Positions 21,108 to 31,729 of a stretch of 64,000 nt of DNA are shown here, piece by piece. The notes below the pieces were generated by a model. The model ran no database searches. It was not told the DNA's origin and saw nothing but the letters and a program-made list of their open reading frames with translations. The stretch's first letter is position 1. Every line of letters starts with the position of its first letter. The position numbers were made by a program, and so were the translations under genes. The stretch is from an uncultured Phycisphaerales bacterium (lineage in GTDB: Bacteria; Planctomycetota; Phycisphaerae; Tepidisphaerales; Tepidisphaeraceae). Location: assembly GCA_963844715.1 (NCBI GenBank), contig CAWJPJ010000006.1, positions 416,001 to 480,000 of the forward strand, read 5' to 3'.

Positions 21108-21920
21108 ATGCATCCGAAAGTTCGCCTCAAATCCACGGAAATTCGCGATGTCTTGCGGCTTCTGGGAGAAGTCCGGGAACTGGGGAGCCAGCCCGACCGC
21201 TGGCGCCTGCACGCCATCCGCGGTTTGGCGAAACTCACGGGTGCCCGCGTGTGCATCGCCGGAGAACATTTTCTCAATAAGGAAAAGCCGGAAGAGACGT
21301 GGCTCGTCGGTCTGGGGGACGTCGGCTGGGAAGGGAATCAATCCCAAATTTTCTATCAATTCCTGGCCGACGGTGGCATGGCCCGCGACCCGTTACACGT
21401 TGCCATTCTTGGGCTGCCGAAACGCGCCTTTACGCGCCGCCGCCGGGACCTCGTCGCCGATGAAAACTGGTATTCCGCCGCGGCCACGACGACCGCCCGT
21501 CGCGGGGCGGACGTGGACGACACCATCTATTCGCGCTGGCCGCTGCCCCTGGCGGGCTGGGGGAATATGTTCATGCTCATGCGGTCTTGGAATGCCGCGC
21601 CGTTTTCGGCACGCGATCGGCTGATCGTTTCATTTTTTCATCGGGAACTGGGGCGGGTATGGCGATCTTCGGCCGGGCCGGCCGCCGATCTTCCGCCCCG
21701 GCTCCGTCAGACGCTGCAACTGGCCGCCGAGGGGCTGACGGAAAAGAAAATTGCGCAGAAATTAGGGGTCAGCGTGCACACGGCCCATGACTTTTTCCGA
21801 CGGCTGTATAGACATTTCGAAGTCAAAACGCGAGCGCAACTCCTCGCGCATCCCGATTGCCGCCCAGTACACTTTCGACCCGCGCTTTCGATCTTTCCGG
21901 ATGATCGCTACAAATCCTAG
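21108..21920 (+). CDS. LuxR-type HTH regulator with GAF-like N-terminal region
   Basis: C-terminal LPPRLRQTL..AEGLTEKKIAQKLGVS.HT. Confidence 0.85.
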   Translation: MHPKVRLKSTEIRDVLRLLGEVRELGSQPDRWRLHAIRGLAKLTGARVCIAGEHFLNKEKPEETWLVGLGDVGWEGNQSQIFYQFLADGGMARDPLHVAILGLPKRAFTRRRRDLVADENWYSAAATTTARRGADVDDTIYSRWPLPLAGWGNMFMLMRSWNAAPFSARDRLIVSFFHRELGRVWRSSAGPAADLPPRLRQTLQLAAEGLTEKKIAQKLGVSVHTAHDFFRRLYRHFEVKTRAQLLAHPDCRPVHFRPALSIFPDDRYKS

Positions 21921-21983
21921 AATCCAGCGCATTTCCCCGTCGATGGACTCACGGATGGCCATTCACTGCCTGATTTGGAAGGC

Positions 21984-22757
21984 CTACCACTCGCCGTCAG
22001 CGATCCGCTCGTACTCGGTGCTTTCGGGCTCCCCGGATAAAATTCGCGTGAGGGCGGCCCGAACATCCGCCGGGCGCAAATTGCGCCCCGGGCATTGAGT
22101 GTCCTTGGTCTCGCCGTGCCCGAGAACGTGCGACAGCGGGATGCGGTAGGTACGCATGAGATAGACGATGAGCCGGATAAGAGACCGGCGTTGCGCCATC
22201 GTGGGATGGGTTTTGTTGAAATTGCCGACCAGACAGATGCCGATGCCGCTGATGTTAAAGCGGTTATCCAGGGCGTTATCGTGAGCCCCCCACTTCTGTT
22301 TGACCCAGCGTGGGCCGACCTCGATTTGGCCGTCGCCGCTGTTGGTGCCGTTGCCGATGACGAAGTGATACCCGAGTTCGTCGAAACCTCGATCGCGGTG
22401 CCAGCGGTCGATAATCGCGGCTGAGCCGTAGTCGCTGTCGCTATGGTGGATGATGATCCAGACCCAGTGATTGAGCGGGGCCTGGGGAATCCAGGTTCGG
22501 GGGACGCCGTTGTCGTAATATTCGGCTCGCGTCGGCGGGGTCGGAACGACGGCGGCGGCGATCACCGGCGGGCTGCTCGGCGGCGAGACCGGCCGTTCAT
22601 TCACTTGAGCCGAGTCCAACTCGCCCGGTGGGAGGATCGTCGGGCCGCTGAGGCGCATGGGGGGCAGATTCTGGTCGCTCTCGTCGGTCTGACATCCCGT
22701 CAAAACCGCGGTGCAGACCAGCAAAATCGCCGTTAATACGGTCTTTAAAGGGAACAT
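21984..22757 (-). CDS. N-acetylmuramoyl-L-alanine amidase (Amidase_2/PGRP) lipoprotein
   Basis: Lipobox LTGC; IIIHHS, LGYHFVI, GAH, GICLVGNF, GHGE...CPG. Confidence 0.9.
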   Translation of the reverse strand: MFPLKTVLTAILLVCTAVLTGCQTDESDQNLPPMRLSGPTILPPGELDSAQVNERPVSPPSSPPVIAAAVVPTPPTRAEYYDNGVPRTWIPQAPLNHWVWIIIHHSDSDYGSAAIIDRWHRDRGFDELGYHFVIGNGTNSGDGQIEVGPRWVKQKWGAHDNALDNRFNISGIGICLVGNFNKTHPTMAQRRSLIRLIVYLMRTYRIPLSHVLGHGETKDTQCPGRNLRPADVRAALTRILSGEPESTEYERIADGEW

Positions 22758-22946
22758 GCTCGATGACCTCCGGTCGAACCGGTTATCGGCACATCCCGCG
22801 TGCGCGGACCACTTTTGACCTTTGTCGGAAGCCTGCCCAATTCGGAATGACGCCATCCCTGGCCTCTCTTCTCGTTGCCCCACAATCTCCTGATGACGAT
22901 TTGTAACGGACGCGGGCGGCAATTTCCAGCCCGAGGAGTCCTATTT

Positions 22947-23841
22947 CTAGGTTTTCCATGGATGAGTCTTGCGGCCGAGAGTCATATCCAAATTCAACTT
23001 CGCCTGGGGCAAATCCGGGCGAAGCGACAGTGCCTGGCGGGCGGAGGCTTCGGATTCGTCCAATCGGCCCAATTCGCGCAGGGGAATGGCAAGGTTGCTG
23101 AAGGCCTCGGCGTAATCGGGCCTGAGCTCGATGGCCCGGCGGAACATGGCGATCGCGTCGCCATGCTTCCCCTTTTCGTTGAAGGCGCAGCCGAGATTAT
23201 TGTGCGCTTCGGGAAAATCCGGCTGCAATCGGATGGCGAGGCGATATTCGGCGACCGCGTCATCCCACAATCCCGCCCAGGCCAGGCAGCCGGCGAGATT
23301 GTTGTGCGCGCTGGCCTCCTCGGGGCGGCATTGCACGGATCGGCGAAACGCCGCGACAGCCTCCTTCGTCTTGCCCATGGAGCGATAGACCTGGCCCAGG
23401 TTTTCGTGTGCTTCGCCAAATCCCGGGCGAAGCTGGACCGCTCTTTGACAAGCGGCCAGGGCATCGTCCAGCTTTCCCATGCCGCGGAGGATGTCGCCCA
23501 GATTGGTATATCCCTGAGCAAACTCCCGACGGAGCGCGATGGCCCTTTTGGCGCTTTGTACCGCCTCCGCAAAGCGCCCTGCGCGGCGATACGCCTCGGC
23601 GAGGTTGCTGTAATATTCTGCCTCCCCGGTCTCGACCTTGATCGCTTTCTCGAGCAAATCAATCGCGAGGCCAGTGTCTCCAAGCTGAAGGCACGCAACG
23701 CCGAGGAGATGCAGCACCTCGGCGTGGTCCGGCTCAAGTTGGAGAAGCTGCTCGTAGATCTCCTTGGCCTGCGGGACACGCACCGGCAAGCTGATGCCGA
23801 AAGGCCAGATCAAAAAGTTTGTTGATGTCCGGCTGTGTCAC
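22947..23841 (-). CDS. TPR-only protein (frameshift near start)
   Basis: About 8 TPRs; N-terminus resembles the GT41 paralogues; no catalytic domain. Confidence 0.85.
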
Positions 23842-23893
23842 ATGGGCAAGTTAGTTTCCCGGAAACGCGCATGCAACTGGTTTGTCGCAAGGC

Positions 23894-23928
23894 AAAAGAA
23901 AAAGCCCAGGGAGTTTTGCTCCCTGGGC
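23894..23928 (-). terminator. Rho-independent terminator of the porin gene
   Basis: 10-bp stem GCCCAGGGAG/CTCCCTGGGC followed by a U-rich tract on the minus strand. Confidence 0.8.
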
Positions 23929-23962
23929 ATCGTATTTTCAAGCCAAGATAAGCGATCGGAAC

Positions 23963-25279
23963 CTAGAACTGCATGATCGCGTCGACACCGAACGAGACCT
24001 GGCTGTATTTGCCCGAGCCCGGACCAGTGAACCCATAAGCTCGCTGATCGGCCCAGTCCACGCGGATTTCAGGACGAACCTGAAGCCACTGGAACCAGTT
24101 GTCGTTGGGCATGGGATGGATCTGCACGTTCGCCGTCGCTTCGTAGTAGTTGACGTTGACGGGTGCGCCGGTGGTCAGGCCGCCGGTGTCATCGTACCAC
24201 TCGATACGGAAGTTGGGGGTGAAGTGGGTGTCGAACTTGTAGGCCGCGTACAGGGCCACGCCGCCCCACTGGGCGTTGTTGCCCGGGGTGGTGTTGGCCG
24301 AGTGCGGTGCATCGCCATAGACGCCGTCGCCGTTGAGCGTCAGCTCGTCGGAGGCGGCATAAGTAACGATGCCTTCCAAGGTCGTCCAGTAGTCGCTGTT
24401 GTCGTCGGTTCCTTCCGGACCGAACTCGGCATTGGCGACATAACTCCATTTGTCGTTGATCTTGCCACTGGCTTCAATGATGCCGTCGATGGCCCCATTG
24501 TTATCCGACGTGCTCTGATTCCAGCCGCGGCTGATACCGCCGGTCAGGTTCAAGTCCTGACCCATGAGCAGCTTGGCGAAGGTATAGCTGGCCCAAATAC
24601 CCGTGTTCGTCAGCGGAATACCGAACGTAAAGCTGTAGCTATGGGTATAGAATGCGTTACCCGTCGGGTTGATGACTTCAAGCCCGAGGATGGCCGGTAT
24701 CTTGCCGAGCTTGAGCGTCAAACCGCTGCCGATCTTGCCTAGGTACAGTTCGACGTTCGCTTGGGGAATATCGTACTGTTCCTGCGGATGGGGGAACGGT
24801 GAATTATCGAGGATGCCGTGAGAGTGAATCTGGGCATCGTCGATACCGTAGCCCTGCTCGAAGTTGAATCCCCAGTCCCAATCCTTGGTCGTATCCAACG
24901 ACTTGGATAGGGTGAGGTCCAACTGGTCCAAGACGACCTCGTCGCTGAACCCGCCGGGAAACGCGATAAACGTAGGCTGATCGTCAGCCTTGTTATCGTT
25001 GTTGAAATCGTCCCAGTACCCGGCCTCGACGAATCCTGTGATGCTGAGGTGATTCTTCTCAAGCCACTGACCCACGGAGGTCGGGTCCAGCGCGTACATA
25101 ATCGGCGTCAGCGTGGTGGGCGTGGCCGGGGCACTGGATGCGTCCAAGGTCAACGGATTCGAAAATGCCGGAATGGAGGCTTCGTCTTGACTAGATTGGG
25201 GCAAATCCGCCGCGAGGGCGAATGACCCACAACCCAGCACCGCCGCTAAGGCGGTATAACCCAACCCTTTCCATACCAT
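23963..25279 (-). CDS. Outer membrane beta-barrel porin (BBP2/DUF1597-like)
   Basis: Signal peptide; QYDIPQA, GK...LG.EVI...N.FYTHSY.F...P.T.TG, RPEIRVD; C-terminal Phe. Confidence 0.85.
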   Translation of the reverse strand: MVWKGLGYTALAAVLGCGSFALAADLPQSSQDEASIPAFSNPLTLDASSAPATPTTLTPIMYALDPTSVGQWLEKNHLSITGFVEAGYWDDFNNDNKADDQPTFIAFPGGFSDEVVLDQLDLTLSKSLDTTKDWDWGFNFEQGYGIDDAQIHSHGILDNSPFPHPQEQYDIPQANVELYLGKIGSGLTLKLGKIPAILGLEVINPTGNAFYTHSYSFTFGIPLTNTGIWASYTFAKLLMGQDLNLTGGISRGWNQSTSDNNGAIDGIIEASGKINDKWSYVANAEFGPEGTDDNSDYWTTLEGIVTYAASDELTLNGDGVYGDAPHSANTTPGNNAQWGGVALYAAYKFDTHFTPNFRIEWYDDTGGLTTGAPVNVNYYEATANVQIHPMPNDNWFQWLQVRPEIRVDWADQRAYGFTGPGSGKYSQVSFGVDAIMQF

Positions 25280-25594
25280 TGGCTTGACTCCTTCTCTAAA
25301 AAATTGGCGCGATGGTCTTACCTAAACCATGTCGGACCAAAACCCATTGGCAAAACCAATGCCGAGCGATTCTGTTGAATCGGTTTTGATCCGCGCAGAC
25401 TGTTTTTGCAGCCGCCACCACTGTTTTTTTTCTACTGCTCGGTTCTCCACAGTTGCCTATGACATAGGCAAAACAAAATGTATACAACATTTATGCCACA
25501 ACTAGCGGCTACACCGCAAGGGGCGATTTCAATTGTTAAAGTAGCCAAATTACCAACCAAATGCTAATCTAGCACGAACACTCAACACCCACTG

Positions 25595-26372
25595 CTATTC
25601 CAACGTGCATGCAACTCTAAATCCCATATTTGCAAGACGTTGCGTATGATGTATGCGATCCCTGTACGAGGCCTTTAAGGTTCCGCGCTTGGCATCCCAC
25701 CCCCCGCCGCGGACCACCCGCCACATACCGGCATCATATGGCTCCCAAGCTGACCCATCGGAGGGAGCGCCGGCGTAGGTTTCGTGCCACACATCTGCCA
25801 CGACTTCGCGCACGTTGCCATGCATGTCGTAAAGGCCCAATGAATTCCTTGGATATGACCCGACCGTGACCGGTCGACCCACGCCAGCGGTCGTCGCCAC
25901 TTTCCGTATATAGAAAATTTGCCTCTTTGACGCTGATCTGGTTGCCCGTCGAATACTCCCCCTCCGAGCCAGCCCGGCAACAATACTCCCACTCCGATTC
26001 GCTCGGCAGCCGATAGCCTCTCCCCGCCGCGATCGAAAGCCATCTCATATAGCTGATCGCATCCTCCCAACTCACGTCGCAAACCGGGAGTCTTCCGCGG
26101 CCCCAGCCCTGGTCGTCTGGTTTATAGACTGACGAATCGCCCTCAGCGTACGCGTCCCACTGCTCGAATGTGATTGGGTATCTGGAGATCGCCAGCCAGT
26201 GCTTAATCTCAACCCGATGGCGCGGCTTCTCGTGCGCCGTGCCAGTGTCGGCGCCCATCAAGAAACTCCCGGGGGGGATGACCACCATCTCCGGAAGCAT
26301 TAGTCCATCCGAGAAGCAGGTCCCGGCAACCCGAGCCTGCTCCACCCGGGCGTCATGGTCCAACAACGACAT
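25595..26372 (-). CDS. FGE-sulfatase (SUMF1-like) domain protein (frameshifted)
   Basis: [47 protein letters not shown]. Confidence 0.88.
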
Positions 26373-26609
26373 AAAGGCGAATCTCCAACCCCTCGCTCAG
26401 CAAACTCCCCTGGCGGGATAGCGCGGTGAGCCTTCCAGGTTCTCCGGTCTTTGCAACCCGGATGCCAAACGTCCCAAACTCGCTAAAACCCCTCCGGAGG
26501 CGGCGAAAAACGCGAAAATACGCCGTGCAGGGACCAAAGCGATGCCCATCAGTTAAGCGAAAACCCCGATTTTCGGTGAATTATGCCCGTCCCGTTATCA
26601 TTCCCGTTA

Positions 26610-27127
26610 ATGAAAAGATTCGCATTATATGTGACCGCTGTGACTTGCACGGCTTTGCTCGCCGGGTGCCAGACGACAGGCTCGCGCTCCCAGCCTGTCG
26701 AGACATTTCGCAATGCCACGGGCGCGGATCTGAGTCTTGGCATTCTCAGTGTCACGCGCGACGCGGCGGGATTTCCCCTCCCCGTCGCCAATCTCCGAAG
26801 CCTGACGGAGGATGAGATCATCGTTACCTATGGTCCCGGCGATCTGACTATTCATTGCGGGCCGTATGTCTCCACCGGTCCGACCGCTACCTATGACATC
26901 CGGCGCGAGATTCTCGATTCCTACGGCTACATGGATTTCCCCCCCAACACTTCCGGTTGGGCCGAACTTTCCGCGGATGGAAAACTTCAGCTCTTGCACC
27001 CAACCCGCCTTGCGCAGGCCAGTACGAACTTTGGGCAACCCTCCGCGTTCCCGACTGCGGAATTCTTCACACGCCCCATCAGGCCTATATTGTTACTATC
27101 CAGAAACCAACTTCGCGCGATAAATAG
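26610..27127 (+). CDS. Hypothetical lipoprotein (probable frameshift near 27070)
   Basis: Lipobox LLAGC; an alternative frame ends TPHQAYIVTIQKPTSRDK-stop just before the next ATG. Confidence 0.55.
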
Positions 27128-27134
27128 CTCGGGT

Positions 27135-27959
27135 ATGGACCCTCGGCTGACAAAATTCATCCGCCAAAAGCAAAAAAGACTTTGGACCCTTGTCGGCGGA
27201 CGGCGGTTTACAGCGTTCGGGCATCGCCTGCAGGTCGATCCCGAAACGGAACTTCCCGAATCGCGCCGGTATGGGATTCCTCAGGGGCCAACTCGCGAGC
27301 AGGTGCTGCGCTACACCGATCACGTTCAACTCCGCAGCGTGTGCGCGTACCTGGACGCCTTCGCGGGGTCGCCGGTCGTGGTGGAGGTCGGGGCCCACAT
27401 GGGGGGCTACGCCTGCATCATGGGCGCGATCCTGCGCCAGAAACATGGACGGATGCTGGCGATCGAGCCGAACCCCGAACATTGCCGGCGTCTGCGCACG
27501 AATCTGGCGCTCAACTCCCTGGAAAAGACGGTCACCGTCGAGGAGGTGGCGATCGGCGACGTGAACGGCAAAGTACGACTGACCACCTCCGGCACGCAAT
27601 CGACTATCTCGAGGGACTCGGCGAACTGGATTACCGTTCAATCGGCGACGTTAGCCAGCGTGCTGGCCCGGCATCACATATCGCGAATCGATCTGCTGAT
27701 CATTGATGTTGACGGGGCGGAACTTCCCGCGCTGCGCGGCTTTCCATGGGGTCAGGTCGGCGTTTCGCAAATTTTCTGCGAGCTACACCCCTATGCGTGG
27801 CAGGACTTCGGATATGAAGCGGCGGACCTGGATCGTTTTCTGGACGAACACAAGCTTCTCCCCATCGACATGTTCTTCCGTCCCTGGCCGAGACTGCCCG
27901 ATTCCACCCACTGGTCGAGCTACATCGGCCCGACCCTGCTCGTCCCGGTCGGACAATGA
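27135..27959 (+). CDS. FkbM family methyltransferase
   Basis: VEVGAHMGGY, AIEPNP, LLIIDVDGAE, ELHP. Confidence 0.85.
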   Translation: MDPRLTKFIRQKQKRLWTLVGGRRFTAFGHRLQVDPETELPESRRYGIPQGPTREQVLRYTDHVQLRSVCAYLDAFAGSPVVVEVGAHMGGYACIMGAILRQKHGRMLAIEPNPEHCRRLRTNLALNSLEKTVTVEEVAIGDVNGKVRLTTSGTQSTISRDSANWITVQSATLASVLARHHISRIDLLIIDVDGAELPALRGFPWGQVGVSQIFCELHPYAWQDFGYEAADLDRFLDEHKLLPIDMFFRPWPRLPDSTHWSSYIGPTLLVPVGQ

Positions 27960-28020
27960 CCCGCCGTGTTGACCCGCTCGAAAAGGGCGGGGACACTTCG
28001 CCTGCACCAGAACCGACCTG

Positions 28021-29215
28021 ATGCAAAATATCGTCATCGACAAACCGTATGTCCCCGTCTTGCCCCGGCGCGGAAGACTCTGGCCCGCCCTTCTGGCTTT
28101 ATATATCCCAAAACTGTTGCGCAAGAAATTCGCGGTTGAGAAAGTTGAATGCCTCCACGCGGATCGTCTGACTAAATCGCTGGGCGAGGGGCATGGAATC
28201 CTGCTGACGCCGAATCATTGCCGCGATGAGGACCCGTTTCTGCTGGGCGTTCTTTCCCGCTGCGTACATTCACCATTTTTTATCATGGCGAGCTGGCATG
28301 TTTTTATGCAGGATCGGATGCAGACCTTTTTGCTGCGGCGAGCCGGAGCGTTCAGCATTTACCGCGAGGGGATCGACCAGGGCGCGGTGAACACGGCCGT
28401 CGAAATGCTGGAAACCGCCGCCCGGCCGCTGGTGATTTTTCCCGAGGGGTTGGTATCGCGGACCAACGACCGGCTGAATGAATTGCTCGACGGCACGGCC
28501 CTCATCGCGCACTCCGCCGCCAAACGGCGCGCCAAGCTCGACCCGCTTGGGAAGGTTGTGGTCCATCCGATCGCTCTGCGCTACCGATTCCAGGGCGACA
28601 TCAAAGCCGCGGTCGAAACCGTTCTCGACGACATCGAAACCCGCCTGACCTGGCAAAAACAAACGTCGTTTTCGATGCTCGAGCGGATTTATAAAACCGG
28701 CGGAGCCTTGCTCGCTTTAAAAGAACTGGAATATCTCGGGGAGGCGCGAACGGAGATGTGGGTCCGCGGCTGGCGAATCTGATCGATGCGATTCTACTGC
28801 CCCTGGAAAAACAGTGGCTCGACGCCCAGTACCCCGCCGACTCGGTCCCCACGCGCGTCAAGCGCTGCGCTCGGCGATTCTTCCGGATATGACCAAAAAC
28901 GAAATCGACGAGCCGGAACGGCAGCGGCGCTGGAAGCAACTGGCCGATCTGTATCTCGCGCAGCAATTGGCGCATTCTCCGCCCGATTATGTCCGGTCGA
29001 ATCCGAGCGCGGAAAGATTGCTCGAAACCGTAGAGCGGTTTGACGAGGATTTGACGGACAAGGTACGCCTGCTCGGCCCGCTTCATGCGACGATTACCGT
29101 CGGGGAGGCGATCGAAGTCTCGCCGACGCGCGAATCGCGCGGTTCCTCCGATCCCCTGATGGACGAAATCGAAAAGCAGCTCAATTCGCTTTTGGGGATC
29201 ACTCCAGCCGCATGA
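28021..29215 (+). CDS. Phospholipid/glycerol acyltransferase (frameshifted)
   Basis: NHCRDED (HxxxxD), GAFSIYRE, IFPEG. Confidence 0.85.
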
Positions 29216-29887
29216 CGGCGTCATTTTCCATCATCGGCGTGCGCATCGGCGCGATCGTGGCCAGCCTCTCTCTTTGGTTCTGGACGCAGCGATTGCTCGC
29301 CAGGCGCGATGCGGCCAATTTTGACCCCTCCGTGTTTATCCCGGATGGTATTCATGGAGCCACCGCGCGCATTAACCGGTATCTGAATGAAAATCCTAGA
29401 TCGGCCAATGCCCTGCTGATCTCCAGCTCGCTGGGCATCGATCTGCTCGGGTTTTATTTGCTCGGATCGGCCATCTTCGGCACAACAATCGAGCCGTTTC
29501 TCGGCTTGCTGATCCTCTTTGCCCTGCGTCAGCTTTGCCAAATTTTGTGCCCCCTGCCGCCCCCGCCCGGAATGATTTGGCACTCGCCAGGTTTTCCTGC
29601 GCTTTCTGGTCACGTACGGCACGGCCAGCGATCTGTTTTTCTCCGGGCATACCGCGATCGCGGTGTATGGCGCCGCGACGCTGGCGTCTTCGCTCGGAAC
29701 GGTCGGCATCATTCTTGGCACATTAATTGCATTCTACGAAATGATCGCCGTGCTGCTGCTGCGGGCGCACTATACGATGGACGTTTTCGCCGGCACGGTA
29801 ACCGCGCTGTACGTTCATCATCTGGCGATTGAAATCGCCCCGACGGTAGATCACTGGCTCGCCCACGTCGCCGTGGCAATCCGCTAA
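29212..29887 (+). CDS. PAP2-superfamily sphingomyelin/IPC-synthase-like membrane enzyme (frameshift near 29605)
   Basis: DLFFSGHT and HYTMDV motifs; ATGA overlap with the acyltransferase. Confidence 0.75.
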
Positions 29888-30017
29888 TCGCCGGCGATGG
29901 CAAGCATCGCGGTCATCGGCGCCGTCGGCGCCGTAAGCGCACGGTGGTCTTCGCTGAACTCATCCCTCTGATCGGACGAACGATTTCCCATCGCCGATAG
30001 AGCTCCTCGGCGCCGCC

Positions 30018-31565
30018 CTATTGCTCTTTGGGGATCCCCGCCATCGCGGCAAGTCGCACGGACGTTTTGTGCGCGGAATACAGCAATAGATCGGGGCTGG
30101 TCCCCTCAACGCGCTTCAGTTCAAAATCGGGCAATTCCGCCACTATTTCTTCGGGATGAATATCCAGGACGACGACATAAAAAGCGTCCATCGACTGCAA
30201 TTCATTCCGTGCGATCGTGCCGGGGAATCCGTAGTACGAATCCACGATGCGCTGAACCCGGGTTTGAAAGAGCCGATTGTTTTCGTGCAAGAAATCCTCA
30301 CCGAGGTTCGCGCCCAGATACGCACAGCGCACGCGCAAATCCGGCGCAACTTGCATCATCGGCACAAAGTCCTGAGCCGAAAGAAAGACCACCGGCTCAT
30401 TGCCGGTCAATTGGCGGATCGCCTCGACGCGGCCATTAATTGCGCTGTGAAATTGCATCCAGACCCGGACGTGAAGAGAGAACAATATCGTTCCCGCGAG
30501 GAGCATGACCGTACAGGCCACGCGCGCAAGCCTCGGGGGAACGCGGCGGATGAGCCACGCGGCTACGACCGCCAGGGCCGGGACGCCCGCAATCGCGTAA
30601 CGCGGCATCAGGGCCGGTTGCCCGACCAGGGAGAACGCGATGATTGCCAGGGGAACCATTCCCAACGCCGCCAAAGCCGAGAGAGGCGCTATTGAATCCG
30701 ACGGCGATTTGGGTTTCAGCTTGTGCAAGACCCCTGCAACCAGGAAATAGATCACGGGGGTCGCCACCAGCGAGGGCGGCGCGATGCCCGTGATGAACGC
30801 CCCGAGTCCCGCCAGCGGGCGCGAGATCCATGTCGTATTCCCCAGCGCTAGATAATGCCCGTGCACGAACGGCAGGCACGCCGCCAGCGCCAGCGGCCCG
30901 GCCATCAGCGCGCACCAGTCGGGCAAGCGCAGGGCGCGATCCTTGCGATGGATCATCCAATACCCAGCGACGGCGGCGAACCACGCCGCCAGACCAAAAT
31001 AATGCAGCGAGCAAAGGAGCACGCTGCAAACCCCGAGCATCGTTGTTCTTATCCATGATCGATTCGGGGTCGCCAGCGCCCAGCACAGCCAAACCGCCGC
31101 GGCAAGCTGCGGCCCGTAGGCTCGCGCATCAAAGGCGGCCGTCATAACCGCGGGATGACACCAAAAGATCAGCGCTCCGAAGATCGCACTGATCCGATCG
31201 ACGGCCAATCGCAGCACCGCGTAAACGCCCACGACGGCCGACCAAACGCTCAGGCAAGCCATCAGCCGAAGCGTCACCGGCGAGACCCCACCCAGAAGCT
31301 TGCCAAAGAACCGGCAACATAAATAGAACGTCGGCCCTTGCGTATCGGATCCATGGAGCAACGCGATCATGGAATGAGCCAGACTCGGGTCGGCGGCAAG
31401 CAGATTGGTGTAGACTTCGTCCTGCCAGAGGTCGCGGCCGAACATGGCGAATCCGCCTGTCAGCGCAAGTTGAAGCAATATCAGCAGCGCGAACGCCGCC
31501 GCGGCGACGGGCAGTTCGCCCTTCGCCGGTCCACGGGTTTGGGTTGGCTCCTGCGATTTCAGCAT
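30018..31565 (-). CDS. GT-C fold (GT39/ArnT-like) membrane glycosyltransferase
   Basis: LWQDE motif after the first TM, ARAY, LHYFG, MPRY, many TM helices. Confidence 0.8.
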   Translation of the reverse strand: MLKSQEPTQTRGPAKGELPVAAAAFALLILLQLALTGGFAMFGRDLWQDEVYTNLLAADPSLAHSMIALLHGSDTQGPTFYLCCRFFGKLLGGVSPVTLRLMACLSVWSAVVGVYAVLRLAVDRISAIFGALIFWCHPAVMTAAFDARAYGPQLAAAVWLCWALATPNRSWIRTTMLGVCSVLLCSLHYFGLAAWFAAVAGYWMIHRKDRALRLPDWCALMAGPLALAACLPFVHGHYLALGNTTWISRPLAGLGAFITGIAPPSLVATPVIYFLVAGVLHKLKPKSPSDSIAPLSALAALGMVPLAIIAFSLVGQPALMPRYAIAGVPALAVVAAWLIRRVPPRLARVACTVMLLAGTILFSLHVRVWMQFHSAINGRVEAIRQLTGNEPVVFLSAQDFVPMMQVAPDLRVRCAYLGANLGEDFLHENNRLFQTRVQRIVDSYYGFPGTIARNELQSMDAFYVVVLDIHPEEIVAELPDFELKRVEGTSPDLLLYSAHKTSVRLAAMAGIPKEQ

Positions 31566-31729
31566 GGCAAAAAATGGGTGGACCGCGTCCGCCCCGACTT
31601 TCGATTCCCCAATATCAGGCTGGATGAATCGTGCCTCGGAAACGCGGAAGATCAAACGCAAGCGGGCCGGGAATCATTTAAGAGGCCCGGCCACGCGATA
31701 AGTTGGGAATGATTTGCGGTGATTGTCAG

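Noticed and set aside
21950..21964. Additional REP copy CACGGATGGCCATTC
   Set aside because: Only a short core matches and there is no full palindrome
26583..27959. Lipoprotein-FkbM methyltransferase fusion
   Set aside because: An alternative-frame stop at 27125-27127 and an ATG at 27135 fit two genes; an exported SAM-dependent enzyme is unlikely
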